DNA of 64,000 nt from positions 67,823-131,822 of the forward strand of contig CAWGWA010000011.1 in the NCBI GenBank assembly GCA_963826105.1, in the 5' to 3' direction. Origin of the DNA: an uncultured Actinomycetes bacterium. Its GTDB lineage: Bacteria; Actinomycetota; CADDZG01; WHSQ01. Below, piece by piece: positions 18,205 to 29,052 of the stretch. A program made the translations under genes and the position numbers. Numbering within the stretch: the first letter of the stretch is position 1; each line of letters begins with the position of its first letter. A model generated the notes under the pieces. It ran no database searches. It saw nothing but the letters and a program-made list of their open reading frames with translations, and had not been told where the DNA came from.

Positions 18205-19480
18205 CCCTTCGATTTCTCGAGAGCGTCGATCAACGCGTCGACGTCTTCTTCGGTGTTGTAGATGTAGAACGACGCCCGCGCGGTCGCGGCCACTCCTAGC
18301 TTTCTCATCAGCGGCTGAGCACAGTGGTGCCCAGCGCGGATACAGAGTCCTTCTTGGTCGACGATCGTTGCCATGTCGTGGGGATGGACCTCATCGAGGT
18401 TGAAGGAGATCACGCCACCGCGATCGTTGACGTCCTTCGGCCCGTAGATCGTGGCCCCGATCGAGGAGATCTTGTCCATCGCATACTTCGTCAGCTGCAT
18501 CTCGTGCTCGCGTACGGCATCCATGCCCAGGTCCTCGAGGTACTCGATCGCAGCACCCATTCCGATCGCCTGCGCGATGTTGGGCGTCCCGGCCTCGAAC
18601 TTCTGTGGCACCTCGGCCCAAGTGGCACGGTCGGCCCAGACCTCGCGGATCATCTCTCCCCCGCCAAGGAACGGTGGCATCGCCTCGAGGAGGTCCTCGC
18701 GGCCGTAAAGCATCCCGGCCCCCGTCGGTCCGCACATCTTGTGAGCGGAGAACGCAAGGAAGTCGCAATCCAGTTCGTTCACGTCGAAGGCAAGGTGGGG
18801 TGACGCCTGCGCGGCGTCGACAAGGATCCTGGCCCCGACCGCGTGCGCGGCGTCGGCGACGGTCCGCACCGGGTTGATCGTCCCGAGCACGTTCGACATG
18901 AGGTTCATCGCCACGAGCTTCGTCTTGTCGGTGAGGTACTCACCGAGGAGATCGATCCGGAGCTTGCCGTCATCATCGATCGGCAGGTGCTTGAGCACGG
19001 CGCCGGTCTCATCTACCAGCATCTGCCACGGGATCAGGTTCGAGTGGTGCTCCATCTCGGTGACGAGGATCTCGTCGCCCTCGTGGATGTTGGCGCGGCC
19101 CCAGGTGAACCGGACCAGGTTGATCGACTCGGTTGTGCCCCGCGTGAAGATGATCGACTTCGGGCTGCGGGCACCGATGAACCGGGCAACAGAGTCCCTC
19201 GCTCCCTCGTAGGCGACCGTGGCCTTCTCGCCCAGCTCGTAGATGCCCCGGTGGACGTTGGCGTTCTCTTCCTCGTAGAAGCGAACCATCCGGTCGATGA
19301 CCGCCCGGGGCTTCTGCGAAGTTGCTGCCGAATCCAGATAGACGAGTCGCTTGCCGTTAGCGAGCGTCTCGAGAATCGGGAAATCCTTCTTGATCCTCTG
19401 TACATCAAGACTCATGAGGCCCCGATCGCGATGGGCGCACCGCTCAAGAGTTTGCTTTGACTCGCTCTCATGTTCCGCCA

Positions 19481-19481
<1 letters not shown>
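18192..19481 (-). CDS. sufS: cysteine desulfurase SufS
   Basis: IKKDFPIL...VYLDSAATSQKP...FSAHKMCGPTG...RAGHHCAQPL. The GTG at 19481 overlaps the sufC stop. An alternative ATG at 19415 is possible. Confidence 0.9.
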
Positions 19482-20259
<778 letters not shown>

Positions 20260-20263
<4 letters not shown>

Positions 20264-20594
20264 GACACTCTCTCCTTCTCGGGACCGATGAAGTACGTTC
20301 CCTTGGTCGATCTTCACTTGGTAGGCGGCGACCGGCTTGGTGGCCGGAAGGATCCGGACCGCACCCGTCTCGACGTTGAACCTCGAGCCGTGCAGGGGAC
20401 ACTCGACCTCGCAGTCGTCGACATCGAACTCGCCGCCGGTGAGGAAGGTCTCCTCGTGCGTGCACATGTCGTGCAACGCGAAGACCCTGTCACCGACGCG
20501 GTAGATACCGAGCGGTTCGCCCTTGAACCGTCACCTGCACCATCTCCTTGTCGGGGAAGTCATCGAGCGCCCCGATGTTCACGAACTCATCCAT
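20260..20594 (-). pseudogene. Rieske [2Fe-2S] ferredoxin of the actinobacterial suf operon, frameshifted
   Basis: ATG 20594 overlaps the sufD stop. MDEFVNIGALDDFPDKEMVQVTV is in one frame and KGEPLGIYRVGDRVFALHDMCTHEE...CPLHGSRFNVETG in the next, with the shift near 20524. The second frame has no stop before sufC. A third frame would end at a TGA overlapping the sufC GTG. Confidence 0.7.
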
Positions 20595-21828
20595 CAGACC
20601 TGTACCTCGAGACGCTGGTCGCCCTCGACCTTCGCCGAGATCGCCTGACTGAGCTCGTCGCTGACCTGCGGGACGAGGATGCGGTCGAGGACCTCACCGA
20701 AGAACCCGAAGACGATCAGTTTCTGGGCCGTCACCCGGTCGATCCCGCGGCTCATCAGGTAGAAGAGGTGCTCCTCCTCGACCGGCGAGACCGTCGCGCC
20801 GTGAGTGCAGCGGACCTCGTTGGCCTCGATCTCAAGCTGCGGGATCGAGCGGGCGATCGAGTCCTCCGACAGCGTGAGGTTCCGGTTGGCCTGGTAGGCA
20901 TCGGTTCCCTGCGCGCCCTTGGCGACCTTGATCAGTCCCGAGTACTCGGACTTGCTGCGCTCTTTGAGCGCTCCCTTGTAGAGGAGGTCCGAGGTCGTGT
21001 GTTGGGCGTTGTGGTGCTGCAGGGTCCGCTGCGCGAAGTGCTGATCGGCGTCGGCGAAGTAGAGGCCGAGCATCTCGGAGAAAGAGCCCTCGCCGTTGAG
21101 TACCGACTCGACCTGGGTCCGTGCGAAGACGGAGCCAAGGTTCACGGCCAAGACTCCTCACGGTGGAGTCGCGCTTACCGGTGAATCGCTGCGTCTGGAA
21201 GTGGTGGACGTTCCGACCCCAGGTCTGGAGCGAGATGTAGTTGACCGTCGCCCCCCGACCGGCCTCGACCTCGACGACACTCGAACACAGCGAAGCGGCA
21301 GCATCGTCCTCGGATGCGAATCGGTCCACGAACGTGAGGCTCCCCATCTCTTCGACGACGATCGTCGTGTGCGGGAAGGTCGAGCCACCGGGGGTCACCT
21401 TCCGCATCACCTCGAGCGGAAGCTCAACCTCAACCCCCTTGGGAACGTAGACGAGGGTGTCATCCGAGTGGAACGCCGCGTGCGAGAGCGGTGAACTTGT
21501 GCTCGTCGACCGGAACCTCGGTGAAGAAGTGCTGCTTGAGGACCTCGGGGTGCTCGGCGGCCGCGGTCTTGAAGTCGGCGAAGATGACTCCCTTGCCGGC
21601 GACCTCGTGTGGAAGTACCGGAACCTCGGTCGCCGCAACCGGTGCGGCGAAGGCGTCGAAATCGAACCCCCGCACGTCGGTGTAGCGCCATTCATCGCCC
21701 TTGGGATCGGGCAGTTCGAGCTTCTCGAACAGGTCGAAGGCCTCGAGCCTCCGTTCGGCGAGCCACGAGGGCTCTCCGGAGTCGTCCGATAGGCGTTTGA
21801 CCGCTTCTCGCGTGAGCTTTTCCGTCAT
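20594..21828 (-). pseudogene. sufD: Fe-S cluster assembly protein SufD, two frameshifts
   Basis: The N-terminus (ATG 21828, MTEKLTREAVKRL...EHKFTAL), the middle (HAAFHSDDTLVYVPKGVEV...QTWGRNVHHFQTQRFTGKRDSTV) and the C-terminus (LAVNLGSVFARTQVESVLNGEGS...[21 protein letters not shown]) lie in three different frames. The switches are near 21483 and 21155. Confidence 0.8.
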
Positions 21829-21932
21829 CTTTCGCAGATCACTTCCTGTGGGTCGTGGGTCGGACGCCGGCCCAGGAGGGCGCATCCGGACGAGGTCCTT
21901 GTGAAGCGTTTCACGAATCCTATCGCGCCCCT

Positions 21933-21949
21933 GGTTAGGCGGGCCTAAC
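21933..21949. promoter_or_regulatory. palindromic motif GGTTAGGCGGGCCTAAC in the sufD/EamA divergent region
   Basis: Arms GTTAGG (21934-21939) and CCTAAC (21944-21949) with a 4-nt spacer. 13 of 17 positions match the motif upstream of sufB (24409-24425). Confidence 0.45.
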
Positions 21950-21998
21950 GTCATGAACCAGACGGGGGCCGGGAACCTTCCCGGCTAAGGTCTGGCGC

Positions 21999-22916
21999 AT
22001 GTCCCGCCCCAAAACCACCTCGATCGAGCCCTCGGTTCTCGGCCTGGTAGCCATCGGGACGGCGGCGGCGCTGTGGGCGATCGCCGCGGCCGTGGCCAGC
22101 GACCTTTTCGATCGAGGGGTCAAACCCCTCGAGCTGGCCGAGGCGAGGTCGGTGATCGCCGTCGTGGGATTCGGATTCATCGCCCTGCTACGCCGGGAAC
22201 GCCGATCGGCCGTACGGGTCCCGGCCCCCCATCTGATCATTCTCGGCCTCTCGATCGCTCTGGTGAATGCCGCCTACTACCTGGCGATCGATCACCTCGA
22301 TGTCGCGGTTGCGATCGTCCTCCAGTACACGGCTCCCGCTTTCGTCGTCACCTACGCCGCGCTGCGGTTGAAGCGGATGCCGGACGTTCAGATCACCACC
22401 GCCCTGGTGCTCGCTTTGATCGGGGTGGTTGTCGCCTCGGAGATCCCGGCCGGAGACCTGGGGAACCTCGACCTGATCGGGATCCTCTTCGGTCTCGCGA
22501 GTGGCGTCCTGTTCGCCACCTACACCCTCCTGAGCGAGGCGGTGGGCGCCGCCTATGGGCCGATCGGGGGCATGTTGCGAGCCTTCTCGGTCGCGACGAC
22601 GTTCTGGCTCGTCTACCAAGTGTTCAACGGGTGGCCCGGCGAGCTGTTCGTGGCACGCAACCTGATCCCCATCCTCTACGTGGGGATCGCGGGGACCCTC
22701 ATCCCATTCCTTCTGTACGTGTGGGCGATCGGCCACGTTGTGCCGGAACGGGCTGCGATCGCGGCAACGCTGGAACCCGCCCTCGCGGGAGTCGTTGCGT
22801 TCATCTGGCTCGATGAAGCCTTGTCGGCGATGCAGATCACAGGAGGCATCATCGCCCTGGCCGCAGTGGTCACATTGCAGATGAAACGGAAGGCACGCAT
22901 CGCGCCCGAACCGTAA
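21999..22916 (+). CDS. EamA/DMT-family transporter
   Basis: 305 aa, ten TM-like segments arranged as two EamA-like halves. It lies on the opposite strand between sufD and sufB, and its stop is 9 nt from the sufB stop. Confidence 0.8.
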   Translation: MSRPKTTSIEPSVLGLVAIGTAAALWAIAAAVASDLFDRGVKPLELAEARSVIAVVGFGFIALLRRERRSAVRVPAPHLIILGLSIALVNAAYYLAIDHLDVAVAIVLQYTAPAFVVTYAALRLKRMPDVQITTALVLALIGVVVASEIPAGDLGNLDLIGILFGLASGVLFATYTLLSEAVGAAYGPIGGMLRAFSVATTFWLVYQVFNGWPGELFVARNLIPILYVGIAGTLIPFLLYVWAIGHVVPERAAIAATLEPALAGVVAFIWLDEALSAMQITGGIIALAAVVTLQMKRKARIAPEP

Positions 22917-22925
22917 GGGTGTGCG

Positions 22926-24359
22926 CTAGCCGACCGAGCCTTCCATCTGGAGTTCCACCAGACGCTGGAGTTCGACCGCGTATTCCATCGGAAGCTCACG
23001 TGTGATGGGCTCGATGAACCCACGCACGATCATCTGCATCGCCTGGGTCTCGTCGAGGCCTCGGCTCATCAGATAGAAGAGCTGTTCGTCGGAGACCTTC
23101 GAGACGGTCGCCTCGTGGCTCACCGCGGAGTTCTCTTCCTCGATCTCGATGTAGGGGTACGTGTCGCTCCGGCTGTGATCGTCGAGGATCAGTGCGTCGC
23201 AGATCACGTGACTCTTCGCGTGCGTCGCGCCCTCTTCGATCTTGACGAGCCCGCGGTAGCCACCCCGGCCCCCGTCCTTGCTGATCGACTTGGAAGTGAT
23301 CGAGGACTGCGTGTTCGGCGCCGCGTGCACGACCTTGCCGCCAGCGTCCTGGTGCTGTCCCTCACCCGCGTAGGCGATCGAAAGGACCTCGCCCCTCGCA
23401 CCTTCACCGAGGAGGTAGCAGGCCGGGTACTTCATCGTGACCTTGGATCCGAGATTTCCGTCCACCCATTCCATGATCCCGTTCTCGTAAACCGCGGTGC
23501 GCTTGGTCACGAGGTTGTAGACGTTGTTGGACCAGTTCTGGATCGTCGTGTAGCGGCAACGTCCGCGCGGCTTGACGATGATCTCGACGACCGCGGAGTG
23601 CAGCGAGTCGCTCGTGTAGATCGGCGCCGAGCAACCCTCGACGTAATGAACCCACGCATCCTCGTCGACGATGATCAACGTGCGCTCGAACTGACCCATG
23701 TTCTCCTGGTTGATCCGGAAGTAGGCCTGAAGCGGGATATCGACGGACACGCCCGGCGGCACGTAGATGAACGAGCCACCCGACCACACCGCGGAGTTAA
23801 GCGCCGCGAACTTGTTGTCGGCCGGCGGGATGATCGTGCCGAAGTACTGCTTGACGATGTCCTCGTGCTCGCGGAGCGCGGTGTCCATGTCCATGAACAA
23901 GATGCCCTGGTCCTCGAGCTCGGTTTTGGTCTTGTGGTACACGACTTCGCTCTCGTACTGTGCTGACACGCCGCCGAGGAAGTTCTTTTCGGCCTCGGGG
24001 ATCCCCAGCTTGTCCCACGTCGCCTTGATGTCCTCGGGCATGTCGTCCCACGACTTCACCTGGTTGGTGGGCTTGATGTAGTAGTAGATGTCGTCGAAGT
24101 CGATCTCGGAGAGGTCGGCACCCCACGACGGCATCGGCTTCCGATAGAAGGTGTCGAGCGCCTTGTGCCGGAACTTGCGCATCCAGTCGGGCTCGTTCTT
24201 ACGGTCGCTCATCATGTCGATGACGGCGTGGGAGACGCCCTTCTCGGGCTTGATGTCGTAGCTGGTGGCGTCGTGCCAGCCGTATTTGTAGGCACCCTTA
24301 AGAGCCCGAACCTCTTCGTTCTCTTGCTGGACCTTCAGGTCTTCGGCCTCAGTTGCCAC
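22926..24359 (-). CDS. sufB: Fe-S cluster assembly protein SufB
   Basis: YKYGWHD...[13 protein letters not shown]...[23 protein letters not shown]...[22 protein letters not shown] prefer GTG 24359, which has GAGGAGGA 8 nt upstream. The tracked start is 24407. Confidence 0.95.
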   Translation of the reverse strand: MATEAEDLKVQQENEEVRALKGAYKYGWHDATSYDIKPEKGVSHAVIDMMSDRKNEPDWMRKFRHKALDTFYRKPMPSWGADLSEIDFDDIYYYIKPTNQVKSWDDMPEDIKATWDKLGIPEAEKNFLGGVSAQYESEVVYHKTKTELEDQGILFMDMDTALREHEDIVKQYFGTIIPPADNKFAALNSAVWSGGSFIYVPPGVSVDIPLQAYFRINQENMGQFERTLIIVDEDAWVHYVEGCSAPIYTSDSLHSAVVEIIVKPRGRCRYTTIQNWSNNVYNLVTKRTAVYENGIMEWVDGNLGSKVTMKYPACYLLGEGARGEVLSIAYAGEGQHQDAGGKVVHAAPNTQSSITSKSISKDGGRGGYRGLVKIEEGATHAKSHVICDALILDDHSRSDTYPYIEIEEENSAVSHEATVSKVSDEQLFYLMSRGLDETQAMQMIVRGFIEPITRELPMEYAVELQRLVELQMEGSVG

Positions 24360-24408
24360 AGGAGCTTCCTCCTCAGGATTCGCTTCGAAAGTCGAGTTTA
24401 GCAGCACA

Positions 24409-24425
24409 GGTTAGGCATACCTAAG
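24409..24425. promoter_or_regulatory. palindromic motif GGTTAGGCATACCTAAG upstream of sufB
   Basis: Arms TTAGG (24411-24415) and CCTAA (24420-24424) with a 4-nt spacer, about 50 nt upstream of the preferred sufB start. Same motif as 21933-21949. Confidence 0.45.
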
Positions 24426-24527
24426 TGCTCCCCCTAAATAACCCCTGAGGGGGCTCGGATGTTCCTCTATCAGCGGGGGTGAGGGGAGGATGATGCCTGA
24501 AGTGATTTCCTAAAGGAGAATCGTCCC

Positions 24528-25175
24528 ATGTCGCTCGTCCGAGTCCACAACTTCGCCATCTCGCTCGACGGCTTCGCCACCGGCGAAGGTCAGAGCCTGG
24601 AATCGCCGTTCGGCCACGCCGGCGAGAGGCTGCACGAATGGATGTTCGCCACCCGATTCTGGAGCAAGATGGTCGGCGAGCCCGGCGGGAGCGGCGGCGT
24701 CGACGACGTCTTCGCGCAGCAGCACTCTCCCGGGATCGGCGCCGAGATCATGGGTGCTGGGAAATTCGGCTACCCCGGATGGCACGAGGACCCGGAGTGG
24801 AAGGGCTGGTGGGGCCCCAACCCGCCGTTCCACTCACCAACGTTCATCCTCACCCACCACACACGCCCTTCGATCGAGATGGAGGGCGGCACGACGTTCC
24901 ACTTCATCGACGCGTCGCCCGCCGAGGCCCTCGAGATGGCCCGCGAGGCTGCGGACGGCCAGGACATACGCCTCGGCGGGGGTCCCACCATGATCCGTGA
25001 CTTCCTTGCCGCGCGGCTCGTCGACCACCTGCACACCGTCGTGGTCCCGCTCCTGCTCGGCCGAGGCGTACGCCTCTGGGACGGATTGGAGGGCCTCGAG
25101 GAGGACTACGAGATCGAGGCCACCTCCTCGCCCAGCGGAGTCACGCACTTGACGTTGACCCACGCTCGGGGCTAA
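24528..25175 (+). CDS. dihydrofolate reductase-like (RibD C-terminal domain) family protein
   Basis: 215 aa with N-terminus MSLVRVHNFAISLDGFATGEGQS and C-terminus GGGPTMIRDFLAARLVDHLHTVVVPLLLGRG. SD AAAGGAGA lies upstream. Confidence 0.7.
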   Translation: MSLVRVHNFAISLDGFATGEGQSLESPFGHAGERLHEWMFATRFWSKMVGEPGGSGGVDDVFAQQHSPGIGAEIMGAGKFGYPGWHEDPEWKGWWGPNPPFHSPTFILTHHTRPSIEMEGGTTFHFIDASPAEALEMAREAADGQDIRLGGGPTMIRDFLAARLVDHLHTVVVPLLLGRGVRLWDGLEGLEEDYEIEATSSPSGVTHLTLTHARG

Positions 25176-25987
25176 GGCGGCGTGTCCCCGGAGGGCTTCG
25201 TCGCCGGGGCGGAGCGGGGGTCCAGCGGCAGTGGTCCGAAGTCGAAGTCGATCTCGTCGAGTTCGTCGGGATGGAAGCCCGGCCCCCGATTGGTCACCAC
25301 GAACGATTCACCGTAGGCGTAGCCCGCCGGGGCTCCCTCGGCCGCGGATCGCTCTTTGATCCAGGCGGAGATACGTTCGGCGTCATCGCCGACCTGGCTC
25401 CGGTGGCAGAGCAGGGCCTCGATCTTCCGCTCGATCGTGTCGGTGACGTCGACCACATGGGGGCCGGTACTCGGGCTGAAGATCCACAGTTCCCGGAGCC
25501 CTCGCCAGGGATCGAAGCCCTCCTCGATCAGCTCGGGGAAGTGCCCCGGGGTGGTACCCGCGGTCAGGGTTACGTCCAAGGACGCATTCCCGACCGCCTT
25601 GTGGTCCGGGTGATTGACGAACCACCCATCGATCATCGGGGTCGGGTCGATAACCATGTACCGGTGTGGTTTCACCTTGCGGAAAGCGCGTGCGATATCC
25701 CGGCGTAGATCGAGCGAATACTCCACGTATCCGTCCCGGTGACCAAGCCAGATAACTTCCTTCGCGCCGAGCACTTCGGCCGCTCTCTGAGCTTCATCGA
25801 CACGGATCTGGTTCAGGCCTTTGCCGATCAACGACCGATCCTGGGTTCCGGTCGAGCCATCGGTGGCAAGGCAGATGCTTACCGCCGCACCTTCGTCGAC
25901 CCACTTAGCGATCGTCCCCGCACATCCGAACTCGATGTCATCCGGATGAGGAGCGACGACCAGAACCCGATACCGAGGATCGGTCAC
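25172..25987 (-). CDS. PIG-L/LmbE-family deacetylase
   Basis: VLVVAPHPDDIEFGCAGTIAK...HPDHKAVG is typical of the PIG-L zinc deacetylase fold. Confidence 0.8.
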   Translation of the reverse strand: MTDPRYRVLVVAPHPDDIEFGCAGTIAKWVDEGAAVSICLATDGSTGTQDRSLIGKGLNQIRVDEAQRAAEVLGAKEVIWLGHRDGYVEYSLDLRRDIARAFRKVKPHRYMVIDPTPMIDGWFVNHPDHKAVGNASLDVTLTAGTTPGHFPELIEEGFDPWRGLRELWIFSPSTGPHVVDVTDTIERKIEALLCHRSQVGDDAERISAWIKERSAAEGAPAGYAYGESFVVTNRGPGFHPDELDEIDFDFGPLPLDPRSAPATKPSGDTPP

Positions 25988-26844
25988 GCGGTGTGCAGGA
26001 TCAGGACGTCGACCGGTGAGTGGTGCGAGATCCGGTGCGGAACATTCCCCAACATGAACCGCTTGGCTCCAGTCATCCCGACGCTACCGACGACGATGAG
26101 GTCGAACCCCTCGGCCGCGGCCGTATCGATGAGAACCTCAGCCGGTGAACCCTCAACGGCTCTGAGCTCCGCTGTTCCACCTCGCTCGGCAACACTATCC
26201 TCGGCGCGCTCCAGAACATCGTGCGCGTGGGTTGCCTCGACGATCCGCCAGCGGAATTCCTCGGGGACCGAGTCGCTCGATCGATCGGCACTCCATTGGG
26301 CCAGGATGTCGCCCGAACCGCGGCGGAGCTTGTTCTCCTCCGATTCCGACAGAGGTTCGTAAACGCACACGACGACCGCGGTCGCCAACAGTTCCTTGGA
26401 GAGACCGGCGGCGGTCTGGACGGCGCTCATGGCGGTCTTGGAACCGTCGGTACCAACGAGGAGCTTCTTGTAGGGGCCGGTGGAGGTCTGCGGCGACGTC
26501 GTCTTGACGATGAGGAGATCACTCTTTGCCTGATGCGAGATCTTGTTCGGGACGTTGCCGAGCATGAACCTCTTGGCCCCGGACATCCCGACGCTTCCCA
26601 CGACAAGCAGGTCCGCTCCCCGAGCCTCAACCTCGTTGTTCAGGACCTCGACCGGGTTCCCGCCGACCGCGACCGCGGTGGCTCCGTATGACTCCGCAAG
26701 CGTCTGCAGCGGCTCTCCAGGATCGGTCCCAGCATGAACGAGGATCAGTTCGGAACCGAGACCCTGCGCGAGTGCGGCCGCCCTGTCGGTTGCAACCCGG
26801 GCGGTATCCGATAGATCGGTGCCCACCACGATCTTCTCGTACAT
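25984..26844 (-). CDS. universal stress protein (tandem Usp domains)
   Basis: Two repeats, each ending in ...DLLVVGSVGMSGAKRFMLGNVPNKISHQAKSDLLIV / DLIVVGSVGMTGAKRFMLGNVPHRISHHSPVDVLIL. Confidence 0.85.
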   Translation of the reverse strand: MYEKIVVGTDLSDTARVATDRAAALAQGLGSELILVHAGTDPGEPLQTLAESYGATAVAVGGNPVEVLNNEVEARGADLLVVGSVGMSGAKRFMLGNVPNKISHQAKSDLLIVKTTSPQTSTGPYKKLLVGTDGSKTAMSAVQTAAGLSKELLATAVVVCVYEPLSESEENKLRRGSGDILAQWSADRSSDSVPEEFRWRIVEATHAHDVLERAEDSVAERGGTAELRAVEGSPAEVLIDTAAAEGFDLIVVGSVGMTGAKRFMLGNVPHRISHHSPVDVLILHTA

Positions 26845-26863
26845 CCTCGTCCCCTCTCGCCTT

Positions 26864-27274
26864 CTAATGCTCGTTGTTCTCGAACTTCCTTACCGCCAGC
26901 GTGCATCGAGCAACCGAGATGATGACGCCATCACCGTCGACCAGTTCTATCGACCACACATGAACGGTACGACCTTTACGCACCGGTATCGCTGTGGCCC
27001 GCAGAACGCCCGACCGCATCCCCCGGAGGTGGGTGATGTTCAGATCGACGCCGACCGCGTAGCCGTCCGGAGTGCAGTTCATGTAAGCCCCCATGGATGC
27101 GGCGCTCTCGGCGAGCACAGCCGATGCGCCCCCGTGCAACAGACCCATGGGCTGATGCACTGATCGACCGACCTCCATCTCTAGTACAACCCGGTCTGCT
27201 GTGGTTTCGAGCGCGCGGATGCCGAGGGTTTCGTGGATCGTGTTTTCATACGGCAGGCCTGCGATGTCCTCCAT
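26864..27274 (-). CDS. PaaI-family hotdog-fold thioesterase
   Basis: 136 aa with HQPMGLLHGGASAVLAESAASMGA and a C-terminal GRTVHVWSIEL. Confidence 0.75.
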   Translation of the reverse strand: MEDIAGLPYENTIHETLGIRALETTADRVVLEMEVGRSVHQPMGLLHGGASAVLAESAASMGAYMNCTPDGYAVGVDLNITHLRGMRSGVLRATAIPVRKGRTVHVWSIELVDGDGVIISVARCTLAVRKFENNEH

Positions 27275-27285
27275 GGAGGACGATG

Positions 27286-28200
27286 CTACAGGGCCGCTCG
27301 TTCCGCTAGGTTCGCCCGACCGGCTTTGCGCAGCGCCTTGTCGACGTACATGGCTGCGTCCGCGGTCGCAAGGAGTTCTTCGGACGTCTTGCCGTCTTCG
27401 CCCGCCAGCGCGACCCCGGCCGAGACGAATAGGTGAGCGTCGGGGACCGAGGGGACGCCCTCGTTGAGCAGCGTCGTCCGGACGCGGTTGAGGACGATCT
27501 GGCAGCCTGTGCGGTCGGTCCCTCGCAGGAGCATCACGAACTCATCCCCGCCGTAGCGAGCGATGGAGTCGGTTCCTCGGGTCGACCGCCTCAAGACATC
27601 GGCGACGGCCTGGATCGCCGCGGAACCAGCTTGGTGTCCGTAGCGATCGTTCAGGAGCTTCAGATCATCCATATCCATCATCACGACGGCGTAAGACGCG
27701 CCGGCCCTCTCCAGCGCCTCCAACTCTTCATAGAACGTCGTGATGTTGGCAACCTTGGTCAGGGGGTCGAGGCGCGCCAGACGCTTGAAGCTTGTCTGGA
27801 CCGCATAGTGGGCCTCGGCGAAGGCGCCGAGAACTCCAGCGGTGATCCCGTACAGCGCAAAACGAGCCGCGAACACGGTGGAGATCAGCGCACTGTTGGC
27901 CGCCTCGTCCGAGCGAGAGACATCGAACAGGGCTGCCATCGCAGCCGCTCCCAGGGACACCACAAGACCTTCCTTAAGTCCCGCGGCGATCGACGAGATC
28001 GCTACCGGGATGACGAAGAGCCACCCGGAGTCGACCTCGACAGGCGTCTCAACCAAGCTGAAGAGCGACGCCAGCGCGATGAGGATGCCGACTACGAAGA
28101 AGCGAACCGCGCGCTCTTCGAGCACGAAGCGAAGACTTTGAGTGAGGATCCGTTGCGATCGAGATCCAGCCTCAAGCTCGCCATAGGCGGCCTGCGTCAT
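27286..28200 (-). CDS. membrane-anchored diguanylate cyclase (GGDEF)
   Basis: N-terminal TM region, then LDPLTKVANITTFYEEL...MMDMDDLKLLNDRYGHQAGSAAI...ARYGGDEFVMLL. Confidence 0.85.
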   Translation of the reverse strand: MTQAAYGELEAGSRSQRILTQSLRFVLEERAVRFFVVGILIALASLFSLVETPVEVDSGWLFVIPVAISSIAAGLKEGLVVSLGAAAMAALFDVSRSDEAANSALISTVFAARFALYGITAGVLGAFAEAHYAVQTSFKRLARLDPLTKVANITTFYEELEALERAGASYAVVMMDMDDLKLLNDRYGHQAGSAAIQAVADVLRRSTRGTDSIARYGGDEFVMLLRGTDRTGCQIVLNRVRTTLLNEGVPSVPDAHLFVSAGVALAGEDGKTSEELLATADAAMYVDKALRKAGRANLAERAAL

Positions 28201-28273
28201 CGATCAGCCTTTCTCATGGGACGAGCAGCGTCGGTCTCAAGCGATATCGGTCCCTTCGAACTCGTGACTCAAA

Positions 28274-28951
28274 TCAGGAGGTGATGTCCATAGGGAAAAC
28301 GGCACGGATATGCGACTTCCGCACTTCGATGAAGGAGGGAGTCGCGATGGTTGCATCCCCGTCTGAAGCCAGTACCCGGCACTCGGTTACCGGAACGAAC
28401 TCCCGGTGGTCGCGCATGACCGATTCCCAGGCGTCGGAGAAGCGCCCCAACTCCGGTGGGAGGTGGACATTGCCTTCGATCCGATAGCCGTCGAGGAGCA
28501 TGACCACTCCGATCGAAACCACACCGATCTCGGACGCCAGTGCCGATGGAGCCGGTGCGTCATGGGTGGAACCGGCCTTCCCGTTGGATGACGCGGGGAC
28601 CAGATTCTTGATCTTGCTTAGCAAGGCCGACGCGGCGAACGGTTTGCTGAGGTATTCGGCCCCCATGGACGCGGCTCGGTCGGCGATGTCGGGCTCGAGC
28701 AGTCCGGTAAGGACCACCACGGGCAGATGACGGAAGCGCCCATCGCCACGGATCTTCTCGAGGAGGCTCCAGCCGTCGGATCCGGGCAGCTTGATGTCGA
28801 GAACCGCGACGTCGGGCTGTTCCTGAACGATGTGACGCCAGGCTTCTTCGACATCGCCCGCGAAGACGCCGTCGAACCCGGCGTTCTCCAGGTGATATCG
28901 AACGATCGCGACAACTGAGGGCTGATCTTCAACGACAAGGATCTTGGGCAT
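28274..28951 (-). CDS. response regulator: receiver domain plus an unrecognised ~95-aa C-terminal domain
   Basis: ILVVEDQP...DVAVLDIKLPGSDG...VVVLTGL...YLSKPF is a REC domain. I do not recognise the C-terminus (IGVVSIGVVMLLDGYRIEGNVHLPPELGRFSDAWESVMRDHREFVPVTECRVL...). Confidence 0.8.
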   Translation of the reverse strand: MPKILVVEDQPSVVAIVRYHLENAGFDGVFAGDVEEAWRHIVQEQPDVAVLDIKLPGSDGWSLLEKIRGDGRFRHLPVVVLTGLLEPDIADRAASMGAEYLSKPFAASALLSKIKNLVPASSNGKAGSTHDAPAPSALASEIGVVSIGVVMLLDGYRIEGNVHLPPELGRFSDAWESVMRDHREFVPVTECRVLASDGDATIATPSFIEVRKSHIRAVFPMDITS

Positions 28952-29052
28952 GGGCAGTTTTACCTCCGTTGTCCTAATCGGTCGCCCGAGGGGCCATGTT
29001 TAGCCGAGATGGGCTCTACCCCCAAAAGACCTTCTCCCCGTACCCTGGCAAG

